From a virus, in IMG/VR virus record IMGVR_UViG_3300035544_000158, positions 1-17,124 of that record: DNA of 17,124 nucleotides; one strand, given 5' to 3'. Positions 6,763 to 13,117 of the stretch are shown in pieces (positions within the stretch are counted from its first letter, which is position 1; every line of letters begins with the position of its first letter). The position numbers and the translations under genes are program-made. Below the pieces are notes generated by a model, which saw nothing but the letters and a program-made list of their open reading frames with translations, did no database searches and had not been told where the DNA came from.

Positions 6763-6819
6763 ATACTTATCAGCAGAAAGTAAAAAAATTACATATAGAA
6801 AGACGAAAGACAGCTGCAT
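6748..6819 (-). CDS. 23-aa hydrophobic peptide (candidate type I toxin / small membrane peptide)
   Basis: On the minus strand, AGGAGGG (6827-6833) lies 7 nt before the ATG at 6819. Translation is MQLSFVFLYVIFLLSADKYIIFT. The stop sits 12 nt before the bidirectional terminator. The mRNA leader carries a 9-bp perfect hairpin (6865-6873 / 6893-6901). Confidence 0.45.
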   Translation of the reverse strand: MQLSFVFLYVIFLLSADKYIIFT

Positions 6820-7091
6820 CTGACGACCCTCCTACAAGCCCAGATAAAAGCTGCCTCTTTCACTTCTAACATTCCACCTCTCAAAGCGATTGTTAGAAGC
6901 ATAAAAAATATAAATTTGTTAGCTAATGTTTTTAGCAACATTCTGTATTCTTATATTATCACAACAAGTGATAGATGTTCAATCTTTTTGAACAAATTTC
7001 ATTAAAAAGTTTACAGAAAGTGCACTAAAAGTTACAAAATGTGCGATTAAATCAACAAATTTATTGAAAAAGTGAATACTAATAAATAATC

Positions 7092-7129
7092 AGGCTTGGG
7101 AGGGGTCAAAACTCTTTCAAGCCTTTTTT
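7092..7129 (+). terminator. Plus-strand terminator/attenuator upstream of rep
   Basis: AGGCTTG (7092-7098) pairs with CAAGCCT (7118-7124), followed by TTTTT. No annotated plus-strand ORF ends here. Confidence 0.6.
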
Positions 7130-7217
7130 AATTTGCTCTATAAATACAAAAAACCCCGTCATTTAGGGGATAGTTTAACTAAAAAAATATTAAAATTTAA
7201 AAGGAGAGTGTAAATTT

Positions 7218-8819
7218 ATGAGTGGTAAAAAAGAAAAAAGACTGCTGGACCAACAGCAGCCAAACGACAGTAATAATATTATATCAGATAAAGAGAGATT
7301 CTTAAATACTTTATTCAAAAATTTATCAGGATTTATCGAAATTAGAGAAATAAAAGACGGCAAATCAAATCAAAAGTTCTTTCAAAATGTTGATGATCTG
7401 ATGGAATATGAACCTCCAACTGATAAAAATATTTATTTCGGTGTTATGACCAGGAGCAGAAAGCGTGGAAGAATTGAGGACACTAGAAAGACTAATGTTC
7501 TCTGGTTTGATTTTGATGATGTAGCAAGTTATGCAGAGATTGAGTATATTTTAAATATGAGGAACCTGCCAGAGCCTTCAATAATCGTAAACAGCGGTCA
7601 TGGGTATCACCTATATTATTTACTGGATAAGCCAGCAGGTGCAGAAATAAAAGCAGTTTTAAATAAATTCATTAAGATTACTGGTGCAGATAGTCGAGCT
7701 GCAGACTTAGCCAGAATAATGAGGCTGCCTGATACTATGAATGTCAAAGAGGACCCAGTCGAATGCAAATTAATGACAATCAGCAAAAATAAATATAACT
7801 TAAATGAGATTGCAGATTTATTAGGGGTAGAAGTAAAAGAACCACCTGAAAAAGGCCAGATACGGCCAGAAAAGGTTGCAGAGGTATTAGGGATTGACTA
7901 CAAGGGTATTAAATCGCAGATAGATAAACCCTGCATTAAATCAATTCTTGACGGCGTGCCAAAGGGAGAGAGGAACTGGCTTCTTGGCCGTTTAACTAGA
8001 CATTTAAAAGACGATTTGGCTATCAGCAAAATGAGAGCTGAAAAAGTAGTCAGAGTATGGAATTTAAAATGTGAGCCTTCTCAAATCGAGACTGAAGTTT
8101 TATCAAGTTTCAATTCATACTGGAATAATGATAATTTAAATTTGCAGGGCTGCAAGATATTAGACAGCACAGGTGATCTGATTCTTGATAAGCAGCAAAT
8201 ATTAAATAAATACTGTAACAAAGGGAAGTGCAGCTTAACCGAGAACTTCGAACTTGCCGAAATAGAAGGGGAGAGCCTTATTAAATTTAACAATCGACTG
8301 TTGAATAAAATTAAAAGTATGAGTGTATATTCTTTAATTATATACGGAGTATTGAGCATGCACGAAGAGGGTTTAACTAAAAGAAATGCTGCTAAAATTA
8401 TCGGAATAACTAAAAAAACATTCAAAAAGCACACTACCCAGCTGATAAAATTAGGTTTTATTAATGTCAGAAAAGGTATAAGGCAGCGTGGGACCTCTGA
8501 TTTGTATTATTTGAGGCAGCAGGGAACATTCAATCTTGGTAGAACCAGTATTAGTTATGCAGCAATCAGGCTTTTAAATGCTGAATTAAGGCAAGGATAC
8601 ATAAGACCAGCTGAAATTAAAGTGTACATGCTCTTAAGATATTTCGAATATCAAAGTAAGACTGGGGAAGTTTATCCAGCTACAACCACCCTGGCAGAAA
8701 AATTAGGGACCAGCAGACCCCGTCTGAGTTATTCAATCAATAGATTAGAAGAAAGAGACTTTATAAAAATAGACAGAGAAAAAAGACGATCTAACACTTA
8801 TATTTTTAAAGTTAGATAG
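7218..8819 (+). CDS. Replication initiator: AEP primase-polymerase (PrimPol) + PriCT-like + two winged-helix domains
   Basis: AEP motifs occur in order: VLWFDFDD (hhhDxD), NSGHGYHLYY (sGxGxH), IMRLPDTMN. A PriCT-1-like CIKSILDGVPKGERNWLLGRLTRHL follows. Then come wHTH-like LTKRNAAKIIGITKKTFKKHTTQLIKLGFINV and TLAEKLGTSRPRLSYSINRLEERDFIKI. Iterons follow immediately. Confidence 0.8.
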   Translation: MSGKKEKRLLDQQQPNDSNNIISDKERFLNTLFKNLSGFIEIREIKDGKSNQKFFQNVDDLMEYEPPTDKNIYFGVMTRSRKRGRIEDTRKTNVLWFDFDDVASYAEIEYILNMRNLPEPSIIVNSGHGYHLYYLLDKPAGAEIKAVLNKFIKITGADSRAADLARIMRLPDTMNVKEDPVECKLMTISKNKYNLNEIADLLGVEVKEPPEKGQIRPEKVAEVLGIDYKGIKSQIDKPCIKSILDGVPKGERNWLLGRLTRHLKDDLAISKMRAEKVVRVWNLKCEPSQIETEVLSSFNSYWNNDNLNLQGCKILDSTGDLILDKQQILNKYCNKGKCSLTENFELAEIEGESLIKFNNRLLNKIKSMSVYSLIIYGVLSMHEEGLTKRNAAKIIGITKKTFKKHTTQLIKLGFINVRKGIRQRGTSDLYYLRQQGTFNLGRTSISYAAIRLLNAELRQGYIRPAEIKVYMLLRYFEYQSKTGEVYPATTTLAEKLGTSRPRLSYSINRLEERDFIKIDREKRRSNTYIFKVR

Positions 8820-9012
8820 AAAAAATTAGGCCTGCCCTGACGGGTGGGTCTTTAGCTATAAGTGCATATTTGATACATGTAGATAGAAAATTTTAGGCTT
8901 GTTCTGTCGGGCACCTCTTAAGCTATAAGCGTAAATCTGATACATGTAGATAGAAAATTTTAAGACTGCTATGACGGGGCTCCCTTGGGCTATAAGCGTA
9001 AATCTGATACAT
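8814..9012. repeat. Three tandem 67-bp repeats (iterons; putative origin of the Rep replicon)
   Basis: Units at 8814-8880, 8881-8947 and 8948-9012. Conserved arms are AGATAGAAAAnnTTA and GCTATAAGyGyAAATyTGATACATGT, around a diverged GC-rich ~23-nt core (CTGnCGGG). The first unit overlaps the rep stop codon, and an AT-rich tract follows (9013-9190). Confidence 0.75.
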
Positions 9013-9168
9013 AAAGACTTTAAAAGGTTTATATATGAATATAGAACTTAAAGAATTAAAGGTATTAGAGAATAAATAAAGTGAATTGGTGAGGAAATAA
9101 TTAGCTGATGAGTTGAGGTAAAACTTTTTAAAAAAGTTAGCTGTCAACAAAATAATATAAAAGTGTGC

Positions 9169-9177
9169 TGCTAAAAT
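9169..9177 (+). promoter_or_regulatory. Extended -10 element upstream of the 9193 CDS
   Basis: TGCTAAAAT (TGn + TAAAAT) 16 nt before the ATG region. I found no convincing -35. Confidence 0.35.
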
Positions 9178-9192
9178 AATCGAGGTGAAAAA

Positions 9193-9582
9193 ATGATTGT
9201 CAAAATAATAGTTTGTGCTTCAGAAAAGTATTATTCAGTGCTGCTTACAGCTGGTGATCATCAGAAAAAGTTAAAAGGACCAATGAAAGAAGCTGCAGAA
9301 TTGGAAAATGTGCTCAGGTCAACTATAAAAGCAATTAAAATGCTCAAGTATCCAGTCGATATTGAGTTGGTAACCGACTATGAGGTATTCAACCAGGTAT
9401 TTGACTTAGGACGGCCAGAAATACAGAATAAGCAGTCTGTGCAGGATAATTTGGAGCTCTGGCAGGAATTAATTCACCTGATCAAGCAGCATAACAGTTT
9501 CAACCACAGATTAAAAGACAGTAATCGACAGGATTTGACAGAGTATGATAAATTATATCGAGATTGTTTGTATAGAAGGTGA
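9193..9582 (+). CDS. RNase H-like (RNase HI / RVT_3 fold) protein, first catalytic Asp apparently replaced
   Basis: By-eye alignment to E. coli RNase HI: KIIVCASEK vs EIFTDGSC; AAELENVLRSTIKAIKMLK vs NNRMELMAAIVALEALK; IELVTDYEVFNQV vs VILSTDSQYVRQG; NLELWQELIHLIKQH vs NVDLWQRLDAALGQH. The Glu and second Asp are conserved; the first Asp position is Ala. Confidence 0.35.
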   Translation: MIVKIIVCASEKYYSVLLTAGDHQKKLKGPMKEAAELENVLRSTIKAIKMLKYPVDIELVTDYEVFNQVFDLGRPEIQNKQSVQDNLELWQELIHLIKQHNSFNHRLKDSNRQDLTEYDKLYRDCLYRR

Positions 9583-9852
9583 GGCTCTCAAAGGCTCATA
9601 TTTGAGATTTTAGAGGGGGTTAACCAGAAAGGGTATAAATCCTTACTGAAATAGATTGAGCGAGAAAATGGTGCAGAATTTAATTAATTTAGGCTAATTT
9701 TAGGTGATAGCCTTACAAAATAAAAGTTTTATCGTATATTTAAGTAGAGGGAGATAAAAAAATATTAATTTTCCCTAACAAATACCAGGTAAAAGCTGTA
9801 TATATTATTGAGAAGAGTTTTGTTTCAAAGGGAATTATGTTAAAATAATCCC

Positions 9853-9884
9853 TGTAAAAAGAAAAAAACTGCCTCCGTGGGCAG
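9853..9884 (-). terminator. Minus-strand rho-independent terminator (weaker in the plus direction)
   Basis: ACTGCC-tccgtg-GGCAGT stem (9867-9884). On the minus strand it is followed by TTTTTTTCTTTTT. On the plus strand only TTTT follows. Confidence 0.65.
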
Positions 9885-9934
9885 TTTTAAATACCTGTCA
9901 TCATACAGCCCTAAAAGAAAGGAGGTGATGACTT

Positions 9935-10024
9935 ATGAACATTAACATCAATGTTCGCTTGACCTTAAAGGTCAGCGTTACCGTTATTGGTGTTCTGTTC
10001 TTTGTGTTTAGAGTAATTCTCTAA
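9935..10024 (+). CDS. 29-aa hydrophobic peptide (candidate type I toxin / small membrane peptide)
   Basis: AAGGAGGTG SD (9919-9927) lies 7 nt before ATG 9935. Translation is MNININVRLTLKVSVTVIGVLFFVFRVIL. A strong terminator begins 9 nt after the stop. A 7-bp bulged hairpin (9896-9903 / 9926-9932) brackets the SD. Confidence 0.5.
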   Translation: MNININVRLTLKVSVTVIGVLFFVFRVIL

Positions 10025-10032
10025 ACCAGGTT

Positions 10033-10068
10033 CCCTCAGATAAGCTGGTACCTTGTCTGGGGGTTTTT
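10033..10068 (+). terminator. Rho-independent terminator of the small peptide gene
   Basis: CCCTCAGATAAG-ctggtac-CTTGTCTGGGGG, a 12-bp stem with two G-U pairs, followed by TTTTT. Confidence 0.8.
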
Positions 10069-10088
10069 CTATGTCTTTTTCTAAGGTA

Positions 10089-10117
10089 AGTGTAAATTAT
10101 TTTGTACAAATTGTCAA
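10089..10117 (-). promoter_or_regulatory. Minus-strand promoter directing antisense transcription across the 9935..10024 peptide gene
   Basis: Minus strand reads TTGACA (10117-10112), 17-nt spacer, TACACT (10094-10089). The spacer contains the palindrome ATTTTGTACAAAT (10099-10111). The next minus-strand terminator is at 9853-9884. Confidence 0.5.
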
Positions 10118-10198
10118 CATTTTTTGATAAAAAGTAAAGCTTTTGACCTACTCAGGACCAATGGGTCAGAGAGATGATCAGTGAGTCAATCCCTCCTG

Positions 10199-11269
10199 TT
10201 AATCCTTCAAATTCTCAGCTTCTTTTATTGATATGTCGAGCCTCTCAGCTACTTCCTCCACAGTTTTTCTGCCGTCATTTAAATATTTTTTCCATCTGCT
10301 TTTAAGAGAATGATAATTTGTTGCACAGTTAGTAGTTTCGCAGAATTTTCTTTCCCTTCCACTGGTGTTCTCAACTGGGAACCAATCTCCACAATCTGGG
10401 TGATTACACTTTTTGAACTTTTTATTCCCTGTTATATCCTCAAAAAACTGCATATAAGCTACTGATAGCAAGGTTTTTGACTTATTAGCTGGCAGCAAAC
10501 TACTATTTTTTATTACTAAGTGAGGGTTAGTCAAGCTAAGGTGCTTATTTATATTAGCAGCAAGCATTTCTTTGGCTCTATCAACCGTTACTGCTTTACC
10601 GTTATTTTCAGTTAGTATATTTTTGATATACCAGGCTTTTGTATTATTCAAGTCAGGCAGCTCATTTTCCTGCAAACTTCCCCAGATTTCAACCCAACCC
10701 TGCAATTCTTCTACTGCTAATTTAAACATTTCGTAACTCTGGAAAGCATCACTATTAAGCCCTATATATTTTCTTTTTGGATAACATTCATCAAATGAAA
10801 TAACTTTTATTGGGTGAAAATCTGCTCCTAAAGACCCATATTTATTGCAGAATTCTATGATCTCATTATCATTATCGAGGTTCAATTTATTTAAATTAAG
10901 ATAGAATTTATTCTCAACATTCATTCCCTCATTATACGGATTATAGCCCTCCTTGCCACCATACCAGTGCTTTTTAATCTTTTCAGGTGAAGCAATAAAG
11001 AGACTTTCATCAGTCAGGTTATTGTAATCTTTATTGACACTCTCCACAAAGCTTTCCTTCAGCTTTTCTACTTCTTCAGAGATACTGGAAACTTTTTTAA
11101 TCTGATCTACTTCCCAGTCTGGTAGCTGGTTATTGTAATAATCGACCAGGTATTTATGATACAGCTGCTTGATCTTCTTAAACTTTAAAATTTTATAAGG
11201 ACCAAAATTATTGCTATCAATTCTGTTAATATCGACATTTTCTCCCTTAAATTGCTTTGTATAAGACAT
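10199..11269 (-). CDS. CGNR-type zinc-finger protein with C-terminal HTH; sits in the master-repressor position
   Basis: The only long minus-strand gene, divergent from the Cro-like gene. KKCNHPDCGDWFPVENTSGRERKFCETTNCATNYHSLKSRW follows the CGNR zinc-finger spacing (Cx4C...F...RxRxxC x4 C), with CATN in place of CGNR. The C-terminal RKTVEEVAERLDISIKEAENL is HTH-like. I do not recognise the N-terminal 280 aa. Confidence 0.45.
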   Translation of the reverse strand: MSYTKQFKGENVDINRIDSNNFGPYKILKFKKIKQLYHKYLVDYYNNQLPDWEVDQIKKVSSISEEVEKLKESFVESVNKDYNNLTDESLFIASPEKIKKHWYGGKEGYNPYNEGMNVENKFYLNLNKLNLDNDNEIIEFCNKYGSLGADFHPIKVISFDECYPKRKYIGLNSDAFQSYEMFKLAVEELQGWVEIWGSLQENELPDLNNTKAWYIKNILTENNGKAVTVDRAKEMLAANINKHLSLTNPHLVIKNSSLLPANKSKTLLSVAYMQFFEDITGNKKFKKCNHPDCGDWFPVENTSGRERKFCETTNCATNYHSLKSRWKKYLNDGRKTVEEVAERLDISIKEAENLKD

Positions 11270-11291
11270 ATTAATACCCCTTTTTTATCAG

Positions 11292-11336
11292 AATGACATA
11301 AACAATGACACTTTCAAACCTGTTTTTAATGTCATT
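11292..11336. promoter_or_regulatory. Three AATGACA boxes (putative operators) in the divergent control region
   Basis: AATGACA at 11292-11298 and 11304-11310 (direct), and TGTCATT at 11330-11336 (inverted). The third box abuts the -10 and predicted start site of the leftward promoter. Confidence 0.5.
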
Positions 11337-11339
11337 TTT

Positions 11340-11368
11340 ATTATAGACTATAAGTAGAGCAGTTGCAA
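11340..11368 (-). promoter_or_regulatory. Strong leftward promoter for the 356-aa gene
   Basis: Minus strand reads TTGCAA (11368-11363), 17-nt spacer, TATAAT (11345-11340). Confidence 0.7.
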
Positions 11369-11420
11369 TAGCTGAAAGAAAAAAATGATTTTATCTTTTA
11401 AAAAAGTGGAGGTGGATTTG

Positions 11421-11621
11421 GTGAATAGAGTTAGAGAATTTAGAAAGAAAAAAGGTTTAACACAGCTTGATTTGGCAGATATAACAGAGATTTATCAAAA
11501 TGACATTAGCCAAATTGAGACGGGAGGGAGAAAAGTTTTTCCAGGTTGGAGGAAAAGATTATCTGAGGCTCTGGAAGTGGAGGAAGAAATTCTTTTTCCT
11601 GATGAAGACGAGTTGAAATGA
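11421..11621 (+). CDS. XRE-family (Cro/cI-type) HTH regulator
   Basis: GGAGGTGG SD lies 5 nt before GTG 11421; the track's ATG at 11385 has no SD. VNRVREFRKKKGLTQLDLADITEIYQNDISQIETGGR is a canonical XRE HTH. Confidence 0.8.
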   Translation: MNRVREFRKKKGLTQLDLADITEIYQNDISQIETGGRKVFPGWRKRLSEALEVEEEILFPDEDELK

Positions 11622-11743
11622 AGTTCAGCAGTTTAAACGCTCATATTTGCTCAGTTAAGCAGTTGGCAGTTAAGAGGTGTAAAAATACCTGTAATAAATC
11701 AAAGTCTGTAGATGGTGCAGAAATGAAAGGAGAATGACCGAAT

Positions 11744-12166
11744 ATGCTCAAGGCTAAAGGCTCAAAGAGGGAAAGACCAGTTAGCAGTAGCCCGACATTA
11801 TATTTTGGAATTGATGTCAGTCAGCTAAGCTTTAAAGAATTCAGAGCTGTTAGTTCAGAAGTCAGAACGATTATTGAGGATTCAATCGAGAAAGTAGAGA
11901 AAGAAAATTACTTTGCTCCCCGTAAATTGTCATTTTTGAAGTGGTTGCAAATCAAAATGGTAGGGAATGATCAGGAGAGAATGATTGAATCGCATAAATT
12001 AGCAGCTGATAAGTTAGGCAGTCTATTTGAAAGAAGTTTTATTTTACAGGAAATACTGTCAGAACAGCAATTAGAGACATTAATCAGCGAGGTAAAGGCT
12101 TACTGGATTAAAAAAGGGATTGAAGAAATCAAAAAAACTTATCCAGGCAGAATGAAAATATTTTAG
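11744..12166 (+). CDS. Hypothetical protein
   Basis: 140-aa ORF in the rightward operon. The AAGGAG SD has a longish 11-nt spacer. No motif recognised. Confidence 0.6.
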   Translation: MLKAKGSKRERPVSSSPTLYFGIDVSQLSFKEFRAVSSEVRTIIEDSIEKVEKENYFAPRKLSFLKWLQIKMVGNDQERMIESHKLAADKLGSLFERSFILQEILSEQQLETLISEVKAYWIKKGIEEIKKTYPGRMKIF

Positions 12167-12179
12167 GAGATGATTGATT

Positions 12180-12302
12180 ATGCAGCACAAAATAAAAAAA
12201 AGCCAGCCTGTTGGAAGCAGACCTGGCAAAGAGAAAATAAATCATTTCATTAACCTAATTATACCAGATAATCACCGATATAGCAAGGTTAGGGGTGATT
12301 AA
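12180..12302 (+). CDS. Possible 40-aa basic peptide, translationally coupled (TAAATG) to the next gene
   Basis: AGGAGA lies 9 nt before ATG 12180. Translation is MQHKIKKSQPVGSRPGKEKINHFINLIIPDNHRYSKVRGD. Its stop abuts the ATG at 12303. Confidence 0.3.
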   Translation: MQHKIKKSQPVGSRPGKEKINHFINLIIPDNHRYSKVRGD

Positions 12303-13106
12303 ATGGGTTGGGTTAAACTGCACAGAGATATCTTAAATCACTGGGCTTATGATGATCCTGAAAAGCTAAAGGTCTGGATTACATTAATCGCCAAAGCTAC
12401 TCATAAAAAGCATACTCAAAATGTTGGTTATGAGTTAGCAAAGCTGGAGCCAGGACAGCTGGTGTTTGGCTTGATTAAGTTTTCTAAGTTAATTGATATA
12501 TCTAAATCAAAATTATACAGGATAATTAAGCTGCTGGAAAAAGACGAAATGATTGATTATGATACGGAAACCCACAAAGGAAACTTCTCTATAATTACTA
12601 TTAAAAATTGGGATAAATATCAACATGGGAAGGTGTCAAGCCCTACAGAACAGGGAGAACAAGAGGATAGTGAAAAGGAAGTGAAACGGGAGCGAAACGG
12701 CAGTGAAACGGCAGTGGAAACGAACAAGAATGTAAAGAACTTAAAGAATAAAGATCTATATAAATACGCAGATGAAATTCAGGCTGTACACAAACATTGG
12801 ATTGAATTGCTTGAGGACATTAACGCAGCTAACTTAACTAAAAAGCAGCAAAGGACTATTCTCACTAAACTAAAAAAATGGTCAGTTGAGGAAATCAAGC
12901 AGGCTATTTCAAATTATAACGAGGTTTACCGATCTGATTACTACTATAGCCACAATTTCACAATGTTTAAATTTATTAAGCAGGGAAACGGAGCTCCGAG
13001 GTTTTTACCTGGACTAGATGAAAAGCATGATGGGGATGTCTGGAAAGATTATTCAAAAAATAGAGGGGTTCCAAAAAGTAAACTACCACCAGACGAGTAC
13101 ATTTAG
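12303..13106 (+). CDS. Phage replisome organizer / replication initiation protein (N-terminal wHTH, DnaD/TIGR02220-like C-terminus)
   Basis: GWVKLHRDILNHWAYDDPEKLKVWITLIAKA...LEPGQLVFGLIKFSKLIDISKSKLYRIIKLLEKDEMI is the typical organizer N-domain. The C-terminal LTKKQQRTILTKLKKWSVEEIKQAISNY...FTMFKFIKQ resembles the conserved phage C-terminus. It sits directly upstream of the primase-helicase. Confidence 0.6.
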   Translation: MGWVKLHRDILNHWAYDDPEKLKVWITLIAKATHKKHTQNVGYELAKLEPGQLVFGLIKFSKLIDISKSKLYRIIKLLEKDEMIDYDTETHKGNFSIITIKNWDKYQHGKVSSPTEQGEQEDSEKEVKRERNGSETAVETNKNVKNLKNKDLYKYADEIQAVHKHWIELLEDINAANLTKKQQRTILTKLKKWSVEEIKQAISNYNEVYRSDYYYSHNFTMFKFIKQGNGAPRFLPGLDEKHDGDVWKDYSKNRGVPKSKLPPDEYI

Positions 13107-13117
13107 GAGGTTAAGCA

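Noticed and set aside
6926-6991. Plus-strand 21-aa hydrophobic ORF (MFLATFCILILSQQVIDVQSF).
   Set aside because: It has no Shine-Dalgarno sequence upstream. It lies in the putative promoter/leader region of the minus-strand peptide gene and is probably fortuitous.
8814-9012. The 67-bp units could be read as a mini CRISPR array (~44-nt repeat plus ~23-nt spacer).
   Set aside because: The would-be spacers are homologous to each other (about 14/23 identical, shared CTGnCGGG), unlike independently acquired spacers. The repeat would be unusually long and the spacer unusually short. There is no cas gene or leader. The position directly after rep fits iterons.
8923-9150. 75-aa minus-strand ORF across the iterons and AT-rich tract.
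   Set aside because: It is composed of repeat and AT-rich origin sequence and has no SD. The translation is low-complexity.
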